Counted from the first letter of the stretch, positions 50,601 through 58,808 are shown. The stretch is DNA of 64,000 bases from Myxococcales bacterium (GCA_045863395.1 BTVJ01000009.1:32001-96000), one strand, 5' to 3'. Numbers and translations are program-made. The notes: a model not told the origin generated them from the letters alone.

Positions 50601-51678
50601 CGGCGCTCAGGGTCGGCGAGCCGTCGAGGGGTGAGCCGGCTGGGACGATTCGCACCTCGACGGTCTGCCCCGCCTGCACGCCAGACACAGAGACGGACAC
50701 GGTCTTCTGGAGTCCTGGGAGCACCGGGTTCTCGTCGTCGGTCGGCCCCAGCACGTCTCCGGATGGGCGCGCGATGGCGTGTATGATCGGCGCGACCCGG
50801 TCCACGAGCACGGTGACGGGGGCCGCCCCGGCCGTGCCGCCAGCCGTCGAGACCCGCGCGTCCAAGGTGCAGACTGCCTGATCGAGCAGACCTACGCCGG
50901 CCCAGGTAACGGACTGTCCGGTGACTGCCGCAGGGAGCTCCGTCACACCCGCGCCGCAGTCTACCGTGATGGTCGCCGTGGCTCCGTCTGCATCCGTAGC
51001 CGCCCCCGCGACGGCGAGGACACAGGGCCCCGGCCCCGGCGCGCAGGCGGCGGACGCGAGATTGAGCACGGCCCCGTCCGCGGGAGACAGCAGGCTGATG
51101 GCGGGCGCGGGCGGGCCACAGGAGAGCCCCTCGTCGGCGAGACCGTCGCAGTCGTCGTCCGCGCCATTGCACACCTCCGGCGGCGGCCCGCCGAGGCTGA
51201 GGCCCAGCGACCGCAGCCAGAACCGATCACGCGCGGCGCAGTGGCCAGCGCCCGCGTGCCGCACCACGACGCGGTCACACCCGGGCGCCGCCACCACCGG
51301 GAACGGCCCGGCAGTCGCCCCCGTGATCTTGAATCCGCAGCCGTTCCAGTCCGGGACCGTGCCGAGGAGCACGTCTCCGGTGGGGCACCGGAGCAGCACG
51401 TCTGCCGACTCGTTGCACTGCGGCTGTGTGAACGGGAGCTGCCCGGTGGCTGTAGTCTGGACGGTCACCTGGTGGAGCGACCCGGGACACGCGCGCGCGA
51501 GCGCCGCGGCCACGAAGACCACCTCCTCCGAGCACGGGAGCCCGCCACCGCAGCACAGGATCTTCGCGCCGTTCCAGCCCTCGCTGCCAAGCTGGAGGTC
51601 CGCGCGGGCGCTGGACCCCTGGGTGGCGCAAACGACGAGGAGCAGCCCTGTCCCGAGACGCACCGATGCAGACATCAT
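47665..51678 (-). CDS. Large secreted Ig-like repeat protein with MopE-like metal-binding motif and truncated FG-GAP region (C-terminal frameshift)
   Basis: GGAGG RBS before ATG 51678; EVCNGADDDCDGLADEG; repeated D.AGN...VD..PP Ig-like units; VGDVNGDGLPDLALG; a second GDLNGDG is out of frame. Confidence 0.8.
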   Translation of the reverse strand: MMSASVRLGTGLLLVVCATQGSSARADLQLGSEGWNGAKILCCGGGLPCSEEVVFVAAALARACPGSLHQVTVQTTATGQLPFTQPQCNESADVLLRCPTGDVLLGTVPDWNGCGFKITGATAGPFPVVAAPGCDRVVVRHAGAGHCAARDRFWLRSLGLSLGGPPPEVCNGADDDCDGLADEGLSCGPPAPAISLLSPADGAVLNLASAACAPGPGPCVLAVAGAATDADGATATITVDCGAGVTELPAAVTGQSVTWAGVGLLDQAVCTLDARVSTAGGTAGAAPVTVLVDRVAPIIHAIARPSGDVLGPTDDENPVLPGLQKTVSVSVSGVQAGQTVEVRIVPAGSPLDGSPTLSAALGVTAPDGAPTTVVLGVWTISEAGSRTVEARVADAAGNGDSHLRVISANPSGQVVSILNAPPPGGSCGSSADCGAGVCWLGVCHIPWGIASPKQIQVQTTGVPVGSLVRLCTNLPGVAGPACATPGTVQVGVGALAATAILVGASGAPDGAQTFVAEAQVVPGADVWAASTDAGSTFQSRRVVLDTVAPVVQGITCPSDSLPPAGVLSQADQAAPGTFAFAVSATDGGVPLNGGGQLWVNGQIRQSFPITGGAGTSALDFATDGLKDVRAVVFDAVGNASLAPSSPLSLPSLWLVKVEPLSLTFLSPAGSPALAGAPLDVRLLASEAGATVRLRDGEALIGDTVTGADHQAVFPHATWGALSDGVHVLAAELEDFAGNTATAATLPASIVVDATPPEVTILAPGADLVDADDAQTSKGGFQAAAAISTAGADSWELLVQSGCAPDWSGCGGAILGASGMASGGPEAPVALTLVAPAAESWRRIEARARDAAGNVSTATRDVHLRLSACVLALAGLPADGAIRMADCAEPGCATVARTLLAEWVGPCGDVDLVTLLADGAPIDQAVPADHEAELSVVFAHGAVTSLWAEATIEGAPAAETAPFEVRVDLVPPDVDFVAGDVGGFATPESGAVVVWGAASDRAPASTTSLEGHLRVTMNDGGAGRLSLSAGGLPLAAPVSLPALPGSHDFLWISLPDQATHTVTVTAEDTVGNTTSASFTATVDLSPPEEAVLEPISALDVMPRLPAVTLRWQPPASNTGVPGGPAASYVVRYAREPITSEEDWDAACLATDLPLAPDMPAPGDPLGSLDVLTLRGPDTRSVNATACRWSALPDGMWWFAVRATDGAGNASPVSGGGTVGTDLVRLRVARITHSFSPPAGFPERLDSVVVAVGDVNGDGLPDLALGGGDLSGFCLAFGRDGGGAPLPDIDLDASEGDGGQCILDPGLTGAGTPVANVGRPERRRRGPASSAWARRPQFR

Positions 51679-51804
51679 GGACACATCCTCCATGGAAGTT
51701 GCCGACGTGTGCGAAGCCCCGGGACAGGCGAGGGAGAGGCCCACGCGAGAGAGCCTCCCCCTCCCGAGGGGGATCGGTCTCTGTCCGCGGGGCATGCTGA
51801 GCCA

Positions 51805-51966
51805 AGGCGCCGGTGCACGACAACCTGTGCCATTCGGCCCCCGCTGCATCCCCGCTGGCAGCCTGGCGAGACCTTGGAAGGACAAGGCCCTGCCTGCGGC
51901 CTCGCCAGACTGCCAGCGGGGCGCATCGGGACCCTCGATGGATCAGGTTGTTATGCACCGGCGCCT
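51805..51966. repeat. ~162-bp nested palindromic element (MITE-like)
   Basis: Terminal IR AGGCGCCGGTGCACGACAACCTG / CAGGTTGTTATGCACCGGCGCCT (21/23); inner IR CCCCGCTGGCAGCCTGGCGAG / CTCGCCAGACTGCCAGCGGGG. Confidence 0.75.
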
Positions 51967-52177
51967 GACATGGAGCGCGGAGAGGGCGCGTCAAGTGAGG
52001 TCTGCGCAGAGCGCGCACATTCGACCGGCGGGGAGCGGTGCAGCGCCCTCGTCGGTGTCCCGTGCCGCGTGTCCGAGTCCGCATGGCGTGCGGCCTTTGC
52101 GACACATCCCCGAGGGCGCACCTCCGGCTGAGGGAGACGCGGGCGTCGATCCCGGTGCGCCTCGCCCGATCACACCG

Positions 52178-53521
52178 TCACTCGGGGCAGCTCAGGGGCT
52201 CCTGGGCCGGGGCGCCGGGGAGCACCCGCGAGGCGGCGTGGCGAGCGGCGCTGAGGGCGAGGCGGCCGGCGTCGACGAGGTCGGTCGGCTTCATCTCCCA
52301 GAAGCTGCCGCCGTGCATGTCGTCGAAGAGGCTCCGGTACTGGGCCAGCACCTCCTCGCGCCACGCCGGGTCGATGGTCAGCGCCTTGTCCGCGAACTTG
52401 TGGCACCAGCGGCAGCTCTCGCAGTCCTGGTCGATACAGGAGCGCTCACGGAAGCGGTCGACGAAGCCGTCCATCTTGCGGTTGTCGAGCACGAGCGGGG
52501 ACTCGCCGCGCCGGGGGTAGAGCAGCCCCATGGTGCGCCCGAGCTTCGAGAGCTTCGGCACCTTGGTCACGTTCACCTGGCTCGGCTTGAAGAAGTACTT
52601 CACGGCGCGGCGGAGACTGTAGGCGTCGCGGGACGCCTTGCTCGTGTAGGACCGCTCCGGGTAGTTGAACGGGAGCACCAGGTCGAGCAGGTTGCCGTCA
52701 TAGCGGCGGTTGGCGTAGGCGTGGACCCGGCGCAGCAGCTCCGGCGTCGGTGTGTTGCGCTCCACGATCTTGAAGTTGGTGTAGCCCATCTCCTCGTAGA
52801 TGCGCAGATCCTCGGGGCGGATCCAGTTGGCGCGCACGTAGTTGACCGGCTCGCGCAGGCGATAGTCCAGGCAGAACAGCATGTGGTAGTCGAGGGGGAG
52901 ACTCCCCTTCCGGCCCTTCTGGTGCTGGGAGCCGTGGCTGAGGCTCGACGCGTGAGTCCCGGCGATGGCGCAGTCCTGGCGGCAGGAATTGTTCACGATG
53001 AGAGAGAGGTCGCAGGTGACCGCCTCACGGATGGCGCGGAGCGCCGCGAACTCCCGGGCGAAGGCCACCTCGTTGAGCACGATGCAGTCTGCCCCGTGGT
53101 CTTGCCAGAAGCGGGCTTTGCGGGGACTGTCCGTGAAGCGGTGGGCGCTGATTCGCACCTTGAAGTGCGGGTAGCTCTTCTTGATGAGCTGGAGCAGGTA
53201 GATCTGCCCCACGGTGATCGAGTCGACGCCGATGCCGCTCGCCCAGTCGAGGGTGTCGCGGATCTGGCGGTTGCCCTCGCGGGTGTACTCCGCGTTGCCC
53301 ATGCACGAGGCGTTGAGCAGGTAGTTGAACTGGATCCCCTTGGCGTGGACCTTCTTCACGAAGCGCTCCACGGTGCCGCGGTCGGCCTGGGGCAGGTAGA
53401 ACGAGGGGCGTCCGCCGCCAGCGTAGTCGCGGGTGACCTTGCCGTAGACCTCGTAGACGGGGTAGCCGGACAGGCCCTCGATGAGGGCCTCGTCGAAGTT
53501 GCACGCAACGCTCAGTCGCAC
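52178..53521 (-). CDS. U32 'peptidase' family Fe-S protein (putative hydroxylase)
   Basis: FNYLLNASC, VDSITV, VNNSCRQDC, ..LFC, WIRPED, FKIVER, C-terminal CIDQDCESCRWC. Confidence 0.8.
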   Translation of the reverse strand: MRLSVACNFDEALIEGLSGYPVYEVYGKVTRDYAGGGRPSFYLPQADRGTVERFVKKVHAKGIQFNYLLNASCMGNAEYTREGNRQIRDTLDWASGIGVDSITVGQIYLLQLIKKSYPHFKVRISAHRFTDSPRKARFWQDHGADCIVLNEVAFAREFAALRAIREAVTCDLSLIVNNSCRQDCAIAGTHASSLSHGSQHQKGRKGSLPLDYHMLFCLDYRLREPVNYVRANWIRPEDLRIYEEMGYTNFKIVERNTPTPELLRRVHAYANRRYDGNLLDLVLPFNYPERSYTSKASRDAYSLRRAVKYFFKPSQVNVTKVPKLSKLGRTMGLLYPRRGESPLVLDNRKMDGFVDRFRERSCIDQDCESCRWCHKFADKALTIDPAWREEVLAQYRSLFDDMHGGSFWEMKPTDLVDAGRLALSAARHAASRVLPGAPAQEPLSCPE

Positions 53522-53522
53522 G

Positions 53523-54665
53523 TCAGGCCTCCAGGTGGGGAGTGGGGCATTGGGGGACGACGCGGACCGGGGCGTCCGCCGCGTCGAGGAGCGTGGTCGC
53601 CCGCCGCGTGAGAGTCTCGACGACCTCCCGCTGGAGCGCCGCGAGCTGCGCCACCGTGATCTGCTGCTCGGCGTCGGAGAGCGCCATGTCCGGGTCCGGG
53701 TGGACCTCGATCATCACCGCCTGGGCGCCGGACGCGAACGCCGCGGCGGCCAGCGGGGCCAGGATGTCCCGCCGTCCGGCGGCGTGGCTGACGTCCACCG
53801 CGACGGGCAGTCGGGTGCGACCCAGCGCCAGCGGGACCGCCGAGAGATCGAGCGTGCTGCGGGTGTCCGGCGAGAAGGTGCGGATGCCGCGCTCGCAGAG
53901 GATGATGTCGTCGGAGCCCGACAGGGCCACGTACTCGGCGGCGTTCACCCACTCGTCGATGGTGGCGCCGAAGCCGCGCTTGAGCAGCACGGGCTTGCCG
54001 GTCTGGCCCGCCGCGCGCAGCAGGTCGAAGCTCGCCATGTTGCGGGCGCCAATCTGGATGATGTCGGCGTAGCGGGCGACCAGGTCTACGTTCTGCGGGC
54101 TCGTCGCCTCCGTGATGGTCGCCATGCCGTGCTCCTCGGCGGCCGCGGCGAGGAGCGCGAGGCCGCGCTCGCCGAGGCCCTGGAAGGCGTAGGGCGACGT
54201 GCGCGGCTTGAAGGCGCCGCCGCGCAGGAAGCGCACGCCGAGCTTGTGCAGGCCCGCCGTCACGCGCGCCATCTGCTCCTCGCTCTCGACGGAGCACGGG
54301 CCAGCCACGTAGCAGGCGGTGCCGGCGCCGATGGTGTGGCCCTTCACGGTGACCACGACGGGGGGGCCTCCCAAAGAGGAGACACGCAGGGTGCGGCGGC
54401 GACCGCCCTCGGCGAGGGCGACGCAGGCGTCGATGATGCCGCGAAACAGGCTGCGGACGGTGGCGTCGTCGAAGGGGCCGTGGTTGTGCTGGAGGAGCCG
54501 CGCCAGGAGCAGGTCCTCCCGCTGGGGGTCCCGCACCGGCATGCCGCGGCGCTGCTTCTCGTGGGCGATGGCGAGGGCCGTGCGGGCGCGCTCGCTCAGG
54601 GTGTCCAGGATCTCCAGGGACAGCGCCTCGATGGTGTCCCGGAGCTCTTCGAGGGGTTCGTTCAT
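53523..54665 (-). CDS. aroF: Bifunctional chorismate mutase (AroQ) - DAHP synthase (class I-beta)
   Basis: N-terminal LEELRDTI..LSER..EK...RDPQRE; AGPCSVES, RGGAFKPRTSPYAFQGLG, QIGARNM, LKRG, CERGIRTF, DVSHAAG, IEVHPDP..ALSD. Confidence 0.93.
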   Translation of the reverse strand: MNEPLEELRDTIEALSLEILDTLSERARTALAIAHEKQRRGMPVRDPQREDLLLARLLQHNHGPFDDATVRSLFRGIIDACVALAEGGRRRTLRVSSLGGPPVVVTVKGHTIGAGTACYVAGPCSVESEEQMARVTAGLHKLGVRFLRGGAFKPRTSPYAFQGLGERGLALLAAAAEEHGMATITEATSPQNVDLVARYADIIQIGARNMASFDLLRAAGQTGKPVLLKRGFGATIDEWVNAAEYVALSGSDDIILCERGIRTFSPDTRSTLDLSAVPLALGRTRLPVAVDVSHAAGRRDILAPLAAAAFASGAQAVMIEVHPDPDMALSDAEQQITVAQLAALQREVVETLTRRATTLLDAADAPVRVVPQCPTPHLEA

Positions 54666-54730
54666 CGTCGGTCCTCGTGGTAGAAGGCTGGTGGCGCACC
54701 AGCGGACGTCTATATACTCAAGACGATTTT

Positions 54731-54749
54731 TGTATGAAAGAAAAATACA
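54731..54749. promoter_or_regulatory. Dyad TGTAT-N9-ATACA in AT-rich divergent promoter region (candidate operator)
   Basis: AT-rich island (~54708-54752) between the divergent aroF and MerR genes. Confidence 0.35.
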
Positions 54750-54766
54750 CATCGTGCGAGCTGGGA

Positions 54767-56248
54767 ATGAAGGAGCTGGTGGAGGCATCCGGCGTGCACC
54801 GGCAGACCATCCACTCGTACCTGCGGGAGGGGCTCCTGCCCGAGCCCTGCGCCGGGGCCGGCACGCGCAACGCCCGCTATGGCATGAGGCACGTGGAGCT
54901 GCTGCGGCTGCTGCGAGAGCTGCGCGACGAGCGGGGCCTGTCGCTGGACGCCATCCGCCGCGCCTTCGAGCGGGCGGCCTTCGACCCGGACACGGCGCGG
55001 CGCGCCCTCGAAGGCGGGCTCCCGCCGTCGCCGCTCTTGCGCCTGGACCCGCCGGAGCGCCTGTCCATGGCGGAGGTCGCCGAGCGCGCGGAGTCCCCGG
55101 TGGAGACCGTCGAGGCGCTCATCGAGGCGGCCGTGCTCGCCCCCGAGGAGGCGAGCGGGCGGACGTGGCTCGACGACGAGGCGGTGGCGGTGGTCGCGGC
55201 GGCACACGCGCTGCACACCCTCGGCGTGCCCGAGGATCGCGTCGTGCGCCTTGCGCAGATCGCCAGGCGCGTCGCCTCCCTGGAGACCCGGGCCCTGGTC
55301 GAGGACGCCACCGGCGCCGCAGAGGGCCACGGGGCGATCCTGGCGCGGGCCGAGGCACGGCACGAGGCGGTGGGGACGCTGATCGACGCCGTGCGCCTCG
55401 CCGCGCTGCACGACGTCGGGCGCCGGCTGGCGGAGGTGCAACCGCGGACGGTCCAGTTCGCCCTCGACGCCATCTACGTGCCGAGCCCGCTGTTCGTGCG
55501 CAGGCACCGCCTCGACCGGGTCGTCGCCAGCGTGGAGGCGGCGGCGGGGGACGGCGCGAGCGCGGCCGACCTGGAGCGCCTCGGGCGTCTGCTGCTCGGC
55601 CTCGGACGCTACGCCGAAGCCGAGCACTGGCTGGAGCGGGCGGCCCAGCTCGACCCGGAGCTGGCGGACATCTGGTCCTACCTGGGCCTGGCGCGCGCCT
55701 TGGCGGGGCGCATCGCCCACGGCCTCGCGTCCTGCCGCCGCGCCGTGGAGCTTGCGCCGCAGTCAGCGCGCGCCTCGGCCTTCCTCGCGGTGGCGCTCGC
55801 CCTCTACGCCGCGACCACGACGGGCATGGGGGAGGCGACGGAGGTGCTCCGGGGCGCCTTGCAGGAGGCCCGCCGCAGCCGCGAGCTCACCCCCCGCGAC
55901 ATGCCGGAGCGCATGGAGGTCATGCTGTCCCGGGGGCGCATGTTCACGGTGCTCCCGAGACCGCTCGGCGACGGCGCCGCAGGCGAGGCGGAGCTCCAGG
56001 AGGTGCTCGCGCGCACGGAGGGCACCACCGACGCGGACAACGGCTTCGACCTCCCGGGCACCAACGAGCTCTACCGGGTGCACGCCCTCTACTACCTGGG
56101 CGTGGCGGCGCGGGACGCGGGCCAGCGAGACGAGGCGAGCCGCCTGCTGCGCGAGTGCATCGTCATCGACCCGGGCAGCCGCTTCGCCGAGCGGGCCTAC
56201 GAGGCCCTCGGGGCGCTGGGGTCGCTTACGTACTCAGCGACGCGTTGA
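54767..56248 (+). CDS. Transcriptional regulator with two MerR-like HTH domains and C-terminal TPRs (alternative start 54734)
   Basis: MKELVEASGVHRQTIHSYLREGLL...ARY...GLSLDAIR; second LSMAEVAERA..VETVEALIEAAVL; TPR motifs LGRYAEAEHWLERAAQLDP and ALYYLG. Confidence 0.8.
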   Translation: MKELVEASGVHRQTIHSYLREGLLPEPCAGAGTRNARYGMRHVELLRLLRELRDERGLSLDAIRRAFERAAFDPDTARRALEGGLPPSPLLRLDPPERLSMAEVAERAESPVETVEALIEAAVLAPEEASGRTWLDDEAVAVVAAAHALHTLGVPEDRVVRLAQIARRVASLETRALVEDATGAAEGHGAILARAEARHEAVGTLIDAVRLAALHDVGRRLAEVQPRTVQFALDAIYVPSPLFVRRHRLDRVVASVEAAAGDGASAADLERLGRLLLGLGRYAEAEHWLERAAQLDPELADIWSYLGLARALAGRIAHGLASCRRAVELAPQSARASAFLAVALALYAATTTGMGEATEVLRGALQEARRSRELTPRDMPERMEVMLSRGRMFTVLPRPLGDGAAGEAELQEVLARTEGTTDADNGFDLPGTNELYRVHALYYLGVAARDAGQRDEASRLLRECIVIDPGSRFAERAYEALGALGSLTYSATR

Positions 56249-56273
56249 CGCAGCCCCCCCGTACCCGGATACT
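56245..56273 (+). promoter_or_regulatory. Possible promoter for the radical SAM gene
   Basis: TTGACG-N17-GATACT with an overlapping CCGGA-N4-TCCGG dyad. Confidence 0.4.
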
Positions 56274-56310
56274 TCCGGACGTTCGTGTCCGATTCCACTG
56301 CGAGGCCCCC

Positions 56311-57237
56311 ATGACCGACATCGCGCCCCGGCTCGACCTCAAGGTCGGGTTCTCCTGCAACAACCGCTGCATCTTCTGCGTGCAGGGGGACAAGCGGCAC
56401 CACATCGGGGACCGCACGACGGACGAGGTGCGGGCCATCCTCGACGAGCGGCGGGGGGCGGCCGAGGGGGTCGTGTTCACCGGGGGCGAGGCGACCATCC
56501 GGGAGGATCTCGTCGAGCTGGTCGCCCACGCCCGCGCCTTGGGCTACCGGACCATCCAGGTGCAGACCAACGGGCGGCGCCTCGCGTACCTGCCCTACGC
56601 CCGGGCGCTGGTGGAGGCGGGAGCGACCGAGTTCTCACCGGCGCTGCACGGCTCGACGCCGGCGATCCACGACCTGCTGACCCGCGCCAAGGGCGCCTTC
56701 CGCCAGGTGGTGCAGGGGATCCAGAACGTGAAGGGCCTCGGGGTGCCCGTGATCACGAACAGCGTCATCGTGAAGCAGAACGTGCAGGATCTGCCGGAGC
56801 TGGCGCGGCTGCTGGTGCGCCTCGGGGTGGACCAGCTCCAGCTCGCGTTCGTCCACCCGGCGGGAACGGCGGAGCACAACTTCGCGGACGTGGTGCCGCG
56901 GTTCACCGACGCCCTGCCCTTCATCCGTCGCGCCCTGGACATCGCCCGGGCCGCGGGTGCGCGCGCCTTCACCGAGGCGGTCCCGTACTGCTTCATGCAG
57001 GGCTACGAGGCGCACGTCGTGGAGGGGCGCATCCCGGACACCTGCGTCGTCGACGCCCCGATGGTCATCGACGACTACACCGAGTACCGCTGGAGCGAGG
57101 GCAAGGCCCACGGGGAGCCGTGCGGGCGGTGCACCTGGGCGCGGGTGTGCGAGGGGCCGTGGCACGAGTATCCGCGGGAGTATGGCTGGAGCGAGGTGGT
57201 CCCCCGCACCGACGATCCGCGGGGCTTCGGCGTGTGA
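56311..57237 (+). CDS. Radical SAM enzyme with C-terminal auxiliary Cys cluster (HxsC-like)
   Basis: CNNRCIFC, FTGGEAT, QTNGR, PYC, CGRCTWARVCEG. Confidence 0.9.
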   Translation: MTDIAPRLDLKVGFSCNNRCIFCVQGDKRHHIGDRTTDEVRAILDERRGAAEGVVFTGGEATIREDLVELVAHARALGYRTIQVQTNGRRLAYLPYARALVEAGATEFSPALHGSTPAIHDLLTRAKGAFRQVVQGIQNVKGLGVPVITNSVIVKQNVQDLPELARLLVRLGVDQLQLAFVHPAGTAEHNFADVVPRFTDALPFIRRALDIARAAGARAFTEAVPYCFMQGYEAHVVEGRIPDTCVVDAPMVIDDYTEYRWSEGKAHGEPCGRCTWARVCEGPWHEYPREYGWSEVVPRTDDPRGFGV

Positions 57238-57239
57238 CC

Positions 57240-58613
57240 TCAGCTCAGCGGCTCGAACCGCGAGGTGAAGTGGCGGAGCCGGGGCGCCTCCCAGGTGAAG
57301 CGGTAGCCGCGGAGCGCCCCGCGGGCCTCGTTGACCTCCTCCAGCGCCTCGGCGACGTACTCGATGTGGCTCTGGGTGTAGACCCGCCGGGGCAGCGCCA
57401 GGCGCACCAGATCCACCGGAGGCTCCACGTACTCGCCGGTCGTCTTGTCCGTCCGCCCGAACATCACACCGCCCACCTCCACCGCCCGCACGCCGGCGTG
57501 GACGTAGAGCGCGTTGACCAGCGCGAGGCCGGGGAACTCGCGGAGCGGGATGTGGGGCAACATGCGCCGCGCGTCCACGTAGACGGCGTGGCCGCCCGGC
57601 GGGAGCACCGTCGGTACGCCCACGGACTCCAGGTGCTCCGACAGGAAGGCCGCCGTGCGCACCCGGTAGCGCATGTAGTCCTCGTCGACCACCTCCTCCA
57701 GGCCCTGGGCGATGGCGTCCAGGTCGCGCCCGGAGAGGCCCCCGTAGGTGGGGAAGCCCTCGGTGAGGATCAGCGGTCCGCGGGCGCTCTCTGACAGGGC
57801 CTTGTCCCGGAGCGCCAGGAAGCCGCCCATGTTCACGAGGCCGTCCTTCTTGGCGCTCATGGTGCAGCCGTCCACGTGGTCGAACATCTCGCGCGCGACG
57901 TCGGCGAGCGGGCGGTCGGCATGACCGGGCTCGCGCGTCTTGATGAACCAGGCGTTCTCTGCGAAGCGGCACGCGTCGAGGAACATGGGCACCTTGTGCC
58001 GGTCGCAGACGGCGCGCGCCCCTCGCAGGTTGGCCATGCTGACCGGCTGCCCCCCCGCGGCGTTGTTGGTCACCGTCATGATCACGAGGGCCACCTTGGA
58101 GCCGAGGCGGCCGAGCGTGGCGTCCAGGCGGTCGAGGTCCATGTCGCCCTTGAACGGGGCCGGCTCGTGCAGGTCGGCCGCGGCCGCACAGGGGAGGTCG
58201 ATGGCCTCGGCGCCCCGGGCCTCCACGTTGGCGCGGGTCGTGTCGAAGTGGGTGTTGGAGATCACCACCTGCCCGGGCTCCACCATGAGCTCGAAGAGCA
58301 GGTGCTCCGCGGCGCGCCCCTGGTGGGTCGGGATCACGTAGGGCATGCCCGTCCTGCGCTGCACTGCGGCCTCGAAGCGGTAGAAGCTCTCGCTCCCTGC
58401 GTATGCCTCGTCGCCACGCATCATGGCGGCCCACTGCTCGCTGGACATGGCCGACGTGCCGCTGTCGGTGAGCAGGTCGATCATCACGTCGCGGGCGTGC
58501 AGCAGGAACACGTTGTAGCCGGCCTCCCGGATCCGCGCGCGGCGCTCGTCCTCCGTCGTCATGCGGATGGGCTCGACCATCTTGATCTTGAAAGGCTCGA
58601 TGAGGCTGCGCAT
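57240..58613 (-). CDS. tnaA: Tryptophanase (beta-eliminating lyase)
   Basis: EPFKIKMVEPI, DLLTDSGT, HQGRAAE, FDTTR, TMSAKKD PLP-Lys, EGFPTYGGL. LRHFT (His) and EVG (no Arg) favour tryptophanase over tyrosine phenol-lyase. Confidence 0.88.
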   Translation of the reverse strand: MRSLIEPFKIKMVEPIRMTTEDERRARIREAGYNVFLLHARDVMIDLLTDSGTSAMSSEQWAAMMRGDEAYAGSESFYRFEAAVQRRTGMPYVIPTHQGRAAEHLLFELMVEPGQVVISNTHFDTTRANVEARGAEAIDLPCAAAADLHEPAPFKGDMDLDRLDATLGRLGSKVALVIMTVTNNAAGGQPVSMANLRGARAVCDRHKVPMFLDACRFAENAWFIKTREPGHADRPLADVAREMFDHVDGCTMSAKKDGLVNMGGFLALRDKALSESARGPLILTEGFPTYGGLSGRDLDAIAQGLEEVVDEDYMRYRVRTAAFLSEHLESVGVPTVLPPGGHAVYVDARRMLPHIPLREFPGLALVNALYVHAGVRAVEVGGVMFGRTDKTTGEYVEPPVDLVRLALPRRVYTQSHIEYVAEALEEVNEARGALRGYRFTWEAPRLRHFTSRFEPLS

Positions 58614-58808
58614 GGATCCTCCTTCAGCGTGGCGGGCGATCCCTATCACGAACGGGACAAGCGGGTCCATTTGGGCGAGGCGCTGGTGGTGACAACGACC
58701 TCCGGGCTGGAAGCGCTCCGGGATCGTCACGAACACCTCACCGGGGAGCCTCGAGGTCCGCTACACTGCCCGTCCAGAACCCAGCTCCACTGTGGGAGGC
58801 GAGAGCTC

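Noticed and set aside
51991..52173. 60-aa ORF downstream of U32 as a RiPP precursor
   Set aside because: Composition typical of a GC-rich shadow ORF, no RBS and no leader/core pattern.
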